Shown in pieces: positions 13,376-25,726 of a stretch of DNA of 64,000 bases. A program made the translations under genes and the position numbers. Position 1 is the stretch's first letter. Each line of letters opens with the position of its first letter. The DNA comes from Botryllus schlosseri (Eukaryota), in NCBI GenBank assembly GCA_051294905.1, contig CM119372.1:28460001-28524000 (forward strand). Direction: 5' to 3'. Under the pieces are notes generated by a model. It did not search any database and was not told where the DNA came from. It saw nothing but the letters and a program-made list of their open reading frames with translations.

Positions 13376-14036
13376 AATTTTCGAACTGTTTGCAGCAAGT
13401 CAAACAGCTCTCGGAGTCATAAACTACAGGGTATTCCTTCAAAATAGCATATTACTCGCTCAACTATGTACCGTACACCTAGTTTTTACCCACATCCGGT
13501 ACCAGTCGCAATTCCAGCTTCCAGAATTTAACATACACAACTACAACCACATTCCGAAACAGTCATCCCGCGAACGAAGCGCGAAGCGCGGTTCAAATTT
13601 CCAGAATAATCTAGAAGTCACGCTCGGATAACCACGTACAGTTAAGTGCACCCATTCGACTTATTTAGTTATATTTACTCGGAATAAAACTGGAACTCAT
13701 GCTCAGCTAGCGAAACAGACGAGACTCACGAGACAATGAATATAGGCTGTATATAATGATGACGGTAAATCAGAAAATAAGGTTTTCGACCAAGTAACAC
13801 GAATTTATACTGATGGCAGCACTCTATCAAAACGCAACGGTATCTACAGGTTCCAAATAGCTTCCCACATCAGAATACTTACCACCAAATTGGAATTCAT
13901 ACAGAATAATTTGATCCTCAAGATCATTTTTCCTACGTTTTTTAAACATACCTCTGAAACATAAAAATCGAAACCCTAAAATAACCATTCGAAACCATCC
14001 CGAAAGGTTTTTTTACGGTTCTGTGTTTGCTGGGTA

Positions 14037-14365
14037 TTCCCCAAACTGTCGACCACTTTCTTATTCTCAACTGTCCGAAATATGATTTGCAACGTGAGTT
14101 ACTCATGAATCCTGTCACAATCGTAACTTTTCGATTCGCAACGTTAGCTCTTACTTTTGCTTAAACTATTTGAGCCCGTGTAGCCGACTTTGCGATCTTG
14201 TTTTATATTCCTATAATAATGATCCGTATTGTCCACGCTCAACCAATTTCCATAGTATTTTGTAGTAGGCTAGATGGTCATGTCAAACCGTGACGCACGA
14301 GTCTTTTATAGATGATACCTGATGCCCCTAGATTTTTACAATATTAATAATATTAATAATAATAT
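14037..14365 (+). mobile_element. 3' end of a LINE (zinc knuckle, 3' UTR, TAA-rich tail)
   Basis: QTVDHFLILNCPKYDLQRELL resembles the C-terminal half of a LINE CCHC motif; ends in AATATTAATAATATTAATAATAAT. Confidence 0.6.
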
Positions 14366-15390
14366 TTAATGGACAGCACAAGAAGTTAACTTCACAGCCC
14401 CATGTAGACGAGCTTTCGTGGACCTGGCTATCCAGCTCTGGCCTGAAACCGGCAAGCGAAGGATTAATTTTCGCAGCACAAGATCAATCGCTTCCTACAA
14501 AATACTATCGCAAAAGAATTCTGAAGCAAAACACGGACGGCAAATGCAGAATGTGCCACAACCAAAATGAAACTGTAGCTCATCTCATGTCCGGCTGCGG
14601 TGCACTTGCAGCTACCGAATACACATGGAGACACAATATGATTGGTCACTACATTCATCTTGAATTATGCAAACATTTTAACATCAACACTTCGACAAAA
14701 AATTGGTATGACTACAGCTCAGCACCAGTGACAGAAGACGACCAAGTAAAATTTATGTGGGATGTAGCAGTTATAACTGACCGCGAAATCAGGAGCAACC
14801 GCCCGGATATGATAATCGAACTAAAAAAGACAAGAGAATGCTTGTTCATTCAACTGGCTGTCCCAGCTGATCACAATATACTGCAAAAAGAATCAGAAAA
14901 ACAATCGAAATACGCAGACCTCAAAATGGAATGCGAGAAAATGTGGCGATGCAAAATAAACATTGTTACGATAGTCATTGGCGCTACAGAGGTCGTAAGC
15001 AAAAAAACTAATGAGACATATCCGGGTAACGTTCGATTCGACATGATCCAAAAGATCATGTTATTGGGCACTGTGCATATTCTTCGGAAGGCCTTGAATG
15101 CACCACTGGACTAAAATTACACTTGTGAATCACAGGATGATTTCTGTAATTTCGATTCTTTAATTTCAATCATCTCTACCTCTGCTCTGTAACCCTTGCC
15201 AATTCTTCATCTACTGCAATTTTGTAATCTGACTTCTCCATGTATTGCATAGGAATACCAGTTTGACTGTATTACTGAAATTTTAAAAATTTACTTCAAT
15301 CTCGCCATTTTCCTTTGGGGCAGGTTGCTTCCCGGATTATGCTGTGTGTATTTACCAGTTCTACTGTGAATAAAGAAAATAATTAAAAAT
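14366..15390 (+). mobile_element. 5'-truncated RLE-type non-LTR retrotransposon (R4/Dong-like)
   Basis: LKPASEGLIFAAQDQSL; CRMC..ETVAHLMSGC zinc knuckle; RHN; RPD..Q.AVP restriction-like endonuclease; stop at 15114; A-rich end ~15370-15390. Confidence 0.85.
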
Positions 15391-15617
15391 AGCCAAAGGA
15401 GCACCCGATTCTCAATTATTGTACTTTACAAAATCTTTACACGAAATATTGTTGGGCTGACTAAAAAAAGGTCATTTTTTCAAATCGACTCCCGAAAGAC
15501 CCTCTCGAGTGTCCAGATTCCTGATTTCGCATCATTTAAGGCGTTTTTAGTTGTACCTGCACAGTGTACAGTGTACAGTGTACAGTGTACAACCACCGGA
15601 TTGTGAAAGCTGTAAAG

Positions 15618-16085
15618 CAGTGGTTCCTAACCTTTGATAAAACTATTGACTATTTTATTAATTATGCTACTCAACTACTGTACTGTGTCAAATTGTTTTT
15701 GTTGTTGTTGTTGAACAAAAGAACAAATGTTGTATCTTCTGTTGCTATAAAATTGAGTAAACAATTGACATAATACCAGAATATAGATACTAGAAAATGT
15801 GGGGAAAATATATAACTATAGGCAAGATAGGCTGACGACCATCCCTTTACATCTGCACAGCATGGGACGAGGTCCAGAGGTTTATAGCAGGAGTTGCGTC
15901 TGTCCCACTTAGGACTTAAGTCGCCCTCCGTCAATCGGTTTTCCTCGGGGACATCAATTTAAAAAAGATCATGGACCGCAGGTTGGAAACCACTGGAGGA
16001 CATTTCGGTGTCCTCGGGGGACATTGTTGATTTCCCGAAAAAGGAGGACAAATCCTCTTAAATGAGGACGTATATGGTAACCCTA
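15618..16085. mobile_element. hAT MITE (15618-15995) abutting the end of a TAGGGTTACCATA MITE
   Basis: CAGTGGTTCCTAACC/GGTTGGAAACCACTG; then GAGGAC repeats ending ATGGTAACCCTA; no TSD seen. Confidence 0.6.
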
Positions 16086-16419
16086 TTATGAATTTTATCT
16101 CGGAATGATATGACTCAGATAGCGGTCAGTATCTTGTGCTGGGAATTGTAATCAGCCGGATACCTATGTTTTTTCGGTTTCGGGTGTTGGGGCTAAGGTA
16201 AGGGTTACGGGATTGTTTCCTGAATTCGACAATGGCCAGAACCCAAACTGTGCAGTTTTTGCAAGCATTAGCCTGCAATAAAATATAAGAATCGTGAGAA
16301 CCATGGACCATGCGGAATTGAACGTGCCTTACTATATATAGATAATTATCAAGTTCATTGTTAATTTCTAGGCAACATTGTTCCGTATCAAATGTTCATG
16401 TGAAATCGATTCGACAGCT

Positions 16420-16535
16420 CAATTGCTCAATCGTAGCCCTTGATGGAACGTATTAAATCGGTCGATGTATTTTTGCTCTGTGGCCTTGCGCATGGTTGAG
16501 TTCTCGATGTTCCAGGCCAACACGTTGATGATCCA
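16420..16535 (-). mobile_element. Small GIY-YIG C-terminal fragment, probably a second Penelope-like lineage
   Basis: Minus-strand WNIENSTMRKATEQKYIDRFNTFHQGL fits the R..E..I..F.T...GL end of PLE endonucleases. Confidence 0.4.
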
Positions 16536-17178
16536 GGGTTGTCAGATTGGCCCTTTCGGTGTCAAATTCCATAAATTTGTCTCTTTTTAGAGGCAGTTGG
16601 TCCCCCAAAATATTGTTTTGCCCCTTATCCTTTCGTTTTCAATATTTGACTCTTTTTGGAAGTTGACACATATATTATCAAACTACCTATTTAAATAAAT
16701 CTCTGTCGAAAATTGAGCTGACAATCCTGACAATAATTATGCCAAAGCCAAAGATTCGAGTGTAGACACTATAGAAGGAAACTATTTGGAATTGTTTTTG
16801 TATAATGTAGACTCTGTTCCAATCGTAAATACAGATTGGTGAGCATGTAGTCGGAAAAATCTTCAACATGACTTGCCGAAAAAGTAGCAGAAAAACCTGA
16901 AAAGGAGTATCCTGATAGTACTTAATGATTGCTGGAAATTATAAAGAAAAAACCTCCAACATAACAAGAAAGGTTTTTTTGGGAAAACAACTAAAAATTA
17001 GGTATATAAGTTAGATAAGTCTCAAATGTAAAGAAACTATTCTGGCAATTTTTAGTATATATTAATAAATTTATTCATTAGAATTTTCATTACTTTCATA
17101 CTATAAAACAAAAAGTTATGTTTTACGATTTTATATCAAGTCGGAAAAGGCTTGCAATAGAATACCAGGTATTGTAGT

Positions 17179-18474
17179 CAGAGGTGGTCAGTAACGAAGT
17201 ACTCCTACTTTTTCGAAGCACTCAAGTGGTTTTCCTCTACTTCTGGTACTTACTCAAGTAGATCTGATTTTCGGTACTTCTACTTCTACTTCGTAATATT
17301 TTGTGATCTACTAACTTACTTTTCGCTATTTTCAGTTTGTCAAGTAGAAGTAGTTCAATCTTCCAATCAGGAAGATAGCCTGAGGAATTTCGGGGCCATT
17401 TTCACGGAGTATCAACATATAATTTTCATAAAAGTTTATAAAGTCCAGAATTTTCGTCGCGCCTCGCGCGCAGTGCTGGATACGGAGTAACCAATATGAT
17501 TTCACGAAAGTATCGGTGAATATAATTTAGGTAGAGGGTTGGCGTTGTTTCGTTCACACCACAATGTCGCCCTTCGTCCATATCAAATAATTCATCACAG
17601 TATATATGGGTCATCATTACGTTTGAAACTGATGTTTCGCAATCTAGCATTTACTTGTCATATCGTCATCTAGCATGTCCATGGCGTGTCCAAATCTGGG
17701 AAAGTAGACTCTGATATTTTTTAGTTTCAGAGCTATTTAGCATACCACCTTTGAAACTTTCTGGACTAAAAACATGAAATACATGTTCTGCTTTCAGAAG
17801 TAGTATTTATATTTCACTTTCAATTCCCAGTATCATATACTTTGAGTTATAATTATTATCAGTTCTTTTGTCTGGATAACATACATGTTGAGGTATAAAA
17901 GCAAGTGTAGTAATGCCTTTAATTTCTGGAAATAAAGTTACACAATATGGCATTTTTACGGTCCACTATATTTTTTATTTACGTTTACTAATCGTGCAAA
18001 GTGTTCACACCGTATCCTATAAGACTTCTCCGTATTGTTTTTCGACTAAACTACGGGCCTTGTAATATGGGGAATGGCGTCATACCATGCTATTTTCTAA
18101 AACGTGCTGTTCGAGAAAACACAGGATTAGCATCACATTTCCATATCAATACTATCATTTTCATCCCATGATGTGGACGAATACATATGCTATCGAAAAT
18201 TGCATACCTACTGGTATGCATCAATATGAATCAAGCTCGTCACCTATCGCATAACTCAATTTGCACCTTTTTACAATCCATGTGAACGAATTAGGATCGT
18301 TTTCATAACTACTTACTTACTTGAGTACTTTTAAAGTCAGTCAATTCTACCTGTACTTCAAGTAGTTTTAGGTTGCTTATGGAAGAAGTACTTCTACTCG
18401 TACTTGAGTAGATTTTTCCGTCGCTACTTCTACTTCTACTTGAGTAGATTTCTTGACTACTTTGACCACCTCTG
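17179..18474. mobile_element. hAT MITE with TACTT/AAGTA subterminal repeats
   Basis: TIR CAGAGGTGGTCA; perfect TSD ATTGTAGT. Confidence 0.9.
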
Positions 18475-19308
18475 ATTGTAGTTGGAACAACATAAAACTG
18501 GAATTCCAGGTGACTGCATGACTACATGCCTATGGGTGATGTTACAACGTTAATGACGTTGTTACCGTTATTATGTATTATTAACCACGTTGAGGTGGTG
18601 CGAATGGGGCGAATGAAAATCCGGACGAGTACGAATGGAAATCATGACTTTCTGCTTTGTTTCGCTAAACAATCCTCATATTTTCGTAATAACTGTTCGA
18701 TTAGCGCGAGCCCCGAGGATAGTAGTAAATACTAAATATCATCATTACAGACTCACATTCGCAAGTTACTTGGCGCAAATTTTTACCCCTTCAAGGGCTA
18801 TTAAAGTATGGACCGCAAGGGGTATAATTTTGGTTCCAACACGGTGCCAGAGCTATCTGATAATATGTATGTAATATTTATTGAATTTATTGCAAAAAAT
18901 CCTCTGATAGTTTTAACATATACAAGGTGTTGGGTACTGTAGCCCATAAGAGAGACACGCTGAAAATATGGCTTTATCATGAGAGTTCATGATAAGATTT
19001 GTCCGACTGGTTTTTATGGAAAACATGTTCGAAGACAGTTGAGATGAACAAGTGTAGGGGTGAACAACGAGCGAGTTCAGGCCTATGAGTCACATTCATT
19101 TCGAGGCCAACCACTTCTGCGTCTGGTGGGCACATGAAAACGTAAAGTTTTGGCCAACAAACCGCTTATAAATGCGGTGCTAAAAACATGAGCGGGGACA
19201 AAACCTTGGCCAAAAATTGACCGATGCTGGATGGCAATACCTTTCGATGTATGGATATGCTCCGTTGTTGGCATGGAATAGTCCCGTTCTTGCAATATGA
19301 GTAGACAG

Positions 19309-22300
19309 CAGTGGCGGCTCGTCCTATAGGGCAACTGGGGCATTGCCCCACCTAAAATTCGGTTCAATAACAATAATTTATCCTTTATAGACGCACAGCA
19401 ATCAATATATACCGACATCCCAACGCAAATCGCATTGTGCTTTCGCTTGTAAATGCCCATATATAGCGAAGTCTCTGCGAAAATCGAATTCTCTTCGCGT
19501 TTTCGCATTGAGAATGGCTAGGCGGGGCATGCTCCGGTAGCGCTCAAAACAAGCTTTCACTGTCTATTATCTCAAAGCCGCTTACAATAAAGAAACAATG
19601 ATTTGCTCTCTCCTATTCATAAAATTACCGAGCAGGTAGGGCAACATAGCCTCGTTGCCCCCGTCATATGCGTGGAGTCGGTCTTTGCTGGTATAGGTCC
19701 ATTTTGATGGTGTTTCACACCATGATAATTCTTGAAACTTGGTGTGTTCTGTCGTGATGGTGGTAGGCTATTTAACACTGCCCGAAGTTTCAGGGTTGGT
19801 ACAGATTAGGGCAGTAATTCCGTTTCCGAAATTGAGTGTGTGCTGATCCGTCATGTATCGCAAACAGATTTTACTCATAAGCCGGTATTGGTGTCCATTG
19901 ATTTTGACGATGTTCCATATCGAGATCGGTAATGACATTTGGCACGGTAAGTCTTAATGTTAGTATCGAACGCTGTACCAAGTTTTAAGTTTGTCACTGA
20001 ACTGTGTTAGTGGTAATTTATTTTCCTTAGTCGAGTGAGAGCTGACTCGTCATTTATCGCTAACAGATTTTACGCAAAGCCGGTATTTGTCTCTATCGAT
20101 TTTAACGATGCTCCTTACCTAGATCCGTCATGAGCTTTTGCACGGCTTGTATTGATTTTAGTATCGCACGCTGTGCCAAGTCTCAAGGTTGACACTCAAT
20201 GATTAGGGCAGTAATTTCGTTATCGAGGTCGAGTATGGTAGAGATGTGCGCCGATCTGACACTAAGCCTACCCAACGCATTGCGGATTTCACGCAAAAGC
20301 CGGTAACGTTAACTGTGTTCCATACTGAGATAGGTGATGAGACGATGATATCATGAAACGGTTTCCTAACATTCTCGTTTTGCATTCAAATACTTACTTT
20401 TATTTTATATTCTCCAATGTCAATTTCACCGTGAAATTGTGGTCTTCAAGCCATTTGCTTACAACCCCCTGTCATGCGCGAAAGCTATTTCGTTTTCGAT
20501 GAGGGCTAACAGCTGATCTGATCACTTGATCAGCCTTTTCCTCAGTAAATTTTACGCAAAATTCGGTGTTGGTCTGTTCCGAACAGGCTGTTCGTATTAA
20601 TTTTGACAGTACCATACCGAAAAGGGTCATGAGGCTACTTCTCGATGATGTCATGTAACAGTGTATTAAGTTTACAGCTTTCATTCACGTATTTATTCGG
20701 TAATATATTTTCAAATGCCGATTTAGCAGCAGGCTTCTAGACAGTAAGCCATTTGTGTTAGCCTATGTCACAGTCTCCAGTTTCAAGGCCAAAATCTCCT
20801 ATGTTGTTCCAAGACCGAAATTCCGAGGCTGCTTTCGTCTTACTTCTTCAAATTTAAAATGATGTGTTGGATTCAATATGGCAGGTCCAATCTATGAGAT
20901 AACAATGGCGTTTGTGTCTGAACTCGTTGACCTTTGCGGTTAGGCTGTATAGCAGGGGTCTCCAACACGCGGCCCGCGGGCCGCATGCGGCCCGCGAGGT
21001 CCTATTTTGCGGCCCGCGACCTGATTTGAAAAAATTCAGAAAAACGCTTAGTAAATCATGTTGAAACGCTAAAATTGATTTCAGTTGAAACATAATGTTG
21101 TTGTTTTACAAAGTGAGCCATTCTATGTGCCCACTATCACTATTACTCACTAGTTGATACGGCTTCGGCATGGTAATATCATTCCATGGATGAAGAATTT
21201 GCTGGTACGAATGGGCATATTGCCTTGACGTGCAATGGCCCACCACTGCCAAGACCGAGACGCCTGCAAAACGACTTCGGGCGCTCCAAAAGACCATGCT
21301 TTACGAGGAGATAGTTGTCTAGCAAGTAGGCCTACCGTGTATAGCTAACCCCAATATTGATTCTTCAATCCATGGGTGGCCAATCTGCAGCAGTAGAAGG
21401 AAAATTATGCGGCTGTCGACACTTGTAATAACAACCCTAAGTTTTCGCAGATACCCCCTGCATCAGCTGTATCTGGGAATCTGATCACATTGGCCGAGAA
21501 AGGATAAATATTTTATAGTAATATGTGAAACTATACTAATATTTATTGACGAAATTCACTCATGAACATGTAAAATTTTTCGCGCTTCGCGCGACTACAG
21601 ATTGGTTATCTGTGGCTCTTTACAACATAACTACTAACGATTTGGTGCGCATAGTAAGCCGATATGTGCATATAGATTAGTTCGGAGTGTACCGGCAATG
21701 GACATGGACATGATAACGTGGGTATTTGGCCCCAGCTAGTTTATCACGACTAACCACCGGTATGCGGCCGCAGGCTACATGAGTACGCGAAATGCGGCCG
21801 TGAATTACAAAAATGTTGGCCACCCCTGTTTTAGCGGCTAAAGAGTGTTGTCATTGTCAGGTATCGTGTACAGCTCATAGTCCAAAATATAATGACATTG
21901 ATGATCATGATACTTTTTGTTGTATTTGTGTTTGTTCAATAAAATATTAGTTCTTTTGTGGTGACTATAACCGTCGCCTATGTTAGAAAGCACAGCGTTG
22001 TAATAACGTAGAGTTATCAGACGTGGTTGTTGAACTGCGTTGCCTACTTTTATATCGATATTGATGTCATGCGGCCCGCGGCCTCCAGGAATTTGGAAAA
22101 GTGGCCCGCGACCTATTTTGAGTTGGCGACCCCTGCTGTATAGGTTATAGTCTTATGTCTGCAGATTGTTAGCCAGCGGTCAATTGCGAACATGAATCGT
22201 GTTGAATTTCTGATCCTTACGCCGTTTATGCAGTTTCCTTCAGAGCAATAATTAGAGGTAAAGAGACACGGTCCTTATCAGCCTAAAAATTGTCCTTCGA

Positions 22301-23190
22301 TCTAATTGCACGCGGGAGGAAAGCGCACTCTTACCTGTTTCCCAACATATTTCGATAAAAATGAAGGGCTGAGGTATAAGGGAGAATAAGGACGCCTTGT
22401 TATACACTTTTACAATGCTGGTGCCAGAGGCAGTTTATCTAGTTGGAACAAAATTGGGTATCGTGATCTGAATCATGTGGTCTCTACTGCAAACGGTGTC
22501 TCGATATTACCCGATCGTCGACATTACTCGGTTAGAGTTGACTGGCTTATATTCCAATGCATCTTTTTTTCGAAGTAGAAACCAGTGGTGAACTTTCAAA
22601 ATTCCTATAGTTGAAAAATCGCTTTCTATCAACTTTGCTGCAGTAACTGGCTTTTTTAATATCATATTGGCCACTCCGATTTCATACGAAGAATCCAAGC
22701 GTGGTTTCAGCACATTAAAACGCATCGAGACTTCTCTTAGAATCGGGATGTGTAAAGATAAGGCTCGATGAGTTATAGTAGACGTGCTCAGGATTCTCAG
22801 CGCTGCCATTATGGGTATTCCAGATATCAATGAATTGGTCATTGAACACCTTGCAACTATGAAATCACGCCGCGTGCAATACGCCTACTGATACAAACGT
22901 TAAAATATGCAGGTATGAACTACTGTACTTCATATTTTCTTCCGAATAATTTGAAGAGTGTCAGCTCGAAAAGCTTCGGGTTTTAATATATTTCTGTCAT
23001 GAATATATTAATAAAATTTGAAATGCGTAAGCCTAGTTAACCATGCCTAATATCTATTCACCATCCAAACTGTGTGACGACCACGAAGTCACATTTTCAC
23101 GTCGTAATACACTATTGTGACGTCATTTAGACTAGTAACGTCGCATGCACCCCTTGCCCCACCACCCGATATTGTCACGAGCCGCCACTG
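19309..23190 (+). mobile_element. Non-autonomous hAT (Tip100-like) element
   Basis: TIR CAGTGGCGGCTCGT; perfect TSD GTAGACAG; dimerization-domain remnant ATPISYEESKRGFSTLKRI...VIEHLATMKSRR at ~22660-22890. Confidence 0.9.
20953..22135. mobile_element. Composite hAT MITE, copy 1 (nested)
   Basis: TIR CAGGGGTC; TSD CTGTATAG; internal extra terminus ending 21827; inverted copy at 31290-32499. Confidence 0.9.
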
Positions 23191-23208
23191 GTAGACAGTA
23201 GTTACAGT

Positions 23209-24298
23209 CAGCACCGTAACTGCCGCACCCCAAGCCCGAGCTCAAAGGGGGCCCAAAATTATTTCGTGAATTAGCATAAATCATAGAGTATTTCTTTGAC
23301 AATTTACGCATTTTTTTCGAAATTTTTTCGCGCTGCGCGCGAATTCAAGTGGCCATTTGTCTTTATTATTGGGTATTGGGCCATTACCGCGCCACGACCT
23401 ACCCAGACATACAATCAAGTTTTGGGCCATATAACATGCGACTCCAAGAAGTGTGCCAGAACGATCGGCAGCGAGAAAACCTTGGCCGAAAAGGTCTATG
23501 CCCTTATGCTGACCGAAGATTTCGTTATATATACAAAATACATATAGGTTTAATTGTCCATAGGCGCCTAAATGACTGGCGCCGAATGTTGCTGTCTTTG
23601 CAATCTGAGCCTCACAAGACAAATACCATCCCGCAGGGAAAAGTTTTATGCCAGTGAAGAAATACCAATTTGAAATCGTGTCTGTCTCTTAGTGTAGAAG
23701 CTCACGTTTGGGCGATTGTATATTTTTTGTTATAGCAGACTGGAAGTCACGAAATAACATCATGTAACGAAGTCATATCAACGGGTCCGCCCGCCGAAGA
23801 TGTTTAATTATTATTTACGGCCCCTCCCGTTTTCAAGACACTTCACTCGGCTCTACCGGTGAATCTAATTACGTGAGTAGAGAGGACAATAAATTGATAG
23901 CATAATATATTTGCAATCGCCGATCTGATTGACCGATTTTATCATAAATGATCGAAAATTTTCGCGCTTCGCGCTGCCTCATAATACAGTGCAGATGATT
24001 TCGTGACAAACACGAACAACGTGATGGGGGGTCGTTTTACACCCTATGGGGGCCCAAGACCCACGTTTTTGGGGGCCTGACGAGGTACTGTTTCGTTCCT
24101 GCCAATGGGTATACGCCCGAAGATGTTTAATTATTATTGAGTCGTCCTACCTTTTCAAACACACCTCACTCAGCTCTACCGGTAAATCTGATTACGTGAG
24201 CAGAGAGAAGATAACTCCAGAAGTTCGGCCTATAACCCTATGGGGGGCCCAAGACCAAAGTTTTTTGGGGGGCCTGACGAAGTGCTATTACGGCCCTG
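23209..24298. mobile_element. hAT MITE
   Basis: TIR CAGCACCGTAA/TTACGGCCCTG; perfect TSD GTTACAGT; related reversed fragments at ~57340-58545. Confidence 0.85.
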
Positions 24299-24649
24299 GT
24301 TACAGTAGTACAACTGCGACACGCAGAGGAATTTATTTCCAACTAATTCGAAATTGCGTGCGCCAGACATGTTTTGTAGAGCTGGGTAGTGTAGAATTGT
24401 GCTGTGCGCGTTCTGTCTGTCATACATGTCCGTAAAATCGTAGCATACTACTCTAATAATGATAATGAATTCCTTTTCATGGGAGAGGCTCGGGTCGCGA
24501 GATGCCACTAAAACTCAGATTTTGGTGGTAGTCTAAAAAGCTGATTTACCGTTATTGAACTGTTATGAGTTCTCAAGTTAGATTGAGCTAAAAAGCAGAT
24601 CACACAGTATCGTGAGTTTATTTGCTCTTCTCGTTTACTCGCGAGACAG

Positions 24650-25220
24650 AAAATTGGAAATCGAAAAAAAAACAGAACACAAGTCGGAGCAACGTATCAT
24701 AAGGTAGCAATCTCTATGATGTGCCTACTCTCATTGATCGTTTTGGACCTTATTTTCCAAGACATACGGTAAAAGCCTCAACACAAACATGTGGGTTTTC
24801 ACTGTTTCGACAAACTGGAACCACTGGTACCTTTGTGTCAGCTCTCAAAAATGATTTCTGCCAGCAATCATTTTTCACTCGTGAAAAATACGCCGTATTT
24901 TGGATAGGAGTGCAGAACAGATTTCAAGATCTGGCCATCCAAGCAATAGTAGACATTCTTGTACAAAACCCAACAACTTGTGTCGCCGAGAAAGGTTTTA
25001 GTGAAATATAGTTGAAATCAAAACGAGCGAAAAAGTTTCCTTTTCAATGAGACACTTGATAGCTTGAGCTACATAGAAGCCAATTTGTTGCACATCTGAA
25101 CAAAATGTTGTTAAGTATCGTCATCATATTTCTGTATAACAAATTTAAGTTAGTTTGTTCGAATGATATTCATTATACAAAAAAAGTGCGAATGGAACTC
25201 AAAAAGGTTCAAAAGCACTG
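24650..25220 (+). mobile_element. 3' remnant of a Buster-type hAT
   Basis: FW..VQ.RFQDLA..A...LV..PTTCVAEKGFS dimerization motif; degenerate TIR AAGGTTCAAAAGCACTG. Confidence 0.7.
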
Positions 25221-25355
25221 CTTCAGACCACTAGTTTCGAATAAAGCAAATTACCACAAAGCGACTCTCTATGTGGTAATTTGCTTTATTCGAAACTAGT
25301 GGTCTGAAGCAGTGCTTTTGAACCTTTTTGAGTTCCATTCGCACTTTTTTTGTAT
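25175..25355. repeat. Perfect 84-bp inverted duplication with 13-nt spacer
   Basis: 25175-25258 is the exact reverse complement of 25272-25355. Confidence 0.95.
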
Positions 25356-25408
25356 TTTTTTTTTGTATATTGAATATCGAATAAAGCAAATTACCACAAA
25401 GCGACTCT

Positions 25409-25692
25409 ATGTGGCGAGATAGCGCAGCGGTATAATCCGCGGCTGCAACACCAATGGGTGCGGGTTCGAGTCCGACCAAGGTCGACTTCCGAATTCCGAT
25501 ACCTAAGTGTTGGAGGTTTACCTAGGCTCCTCCTCGCCACCTCATCCGCGTCAGCGGTGTCTTACAAAAGCCTAGAGGTTGGCCGTGCTATAAGTCGGCA
25601 GTTACGGAAAATAAGAAGAATATCGGTCTGGTGTTAATGACCATAGTAGTTGACAAACACCATGAATACCCGAAAACAAACAAACAAACAAA
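25409..25692 (+). mobile_element. tRNA-derived SINE
   Basis: A box TAGCGCAGCGG (25420-25430), B box GGTTCGAGTCC (25463-25473), (CAAA)n tail, 14-bp TSD CACAAAGCGACTCT. Confidence 0.9.
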
Positions 25693-25726
25693 CACAAAGC
25701 GACTCTCAACTGCTTAGGTTCTAATG

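Larger units (their letters stand above)
5167..14034 (-). mobile_element. Probable decayed EnSpm/CACTA-like DNA transposon carrying many nested insertions
   Basis: TA-CCCAGCAAACAC at 5165-5178 and GTGTTTGCTGGG-TA at 14023-14036; internal spliced DUF4806-like relic exon. Confidence 0.5.

Noticed and set aside
24070..24290. Two CTGACGA motifs as hammerheads
   Set aside because: No downstream GAAA core; part of an internal MITE duplication
25411..25485. tRNA gene
   Set aside because: A and B boxes present but no proper cloverleaf; continues into a SINE body, tail and TSD
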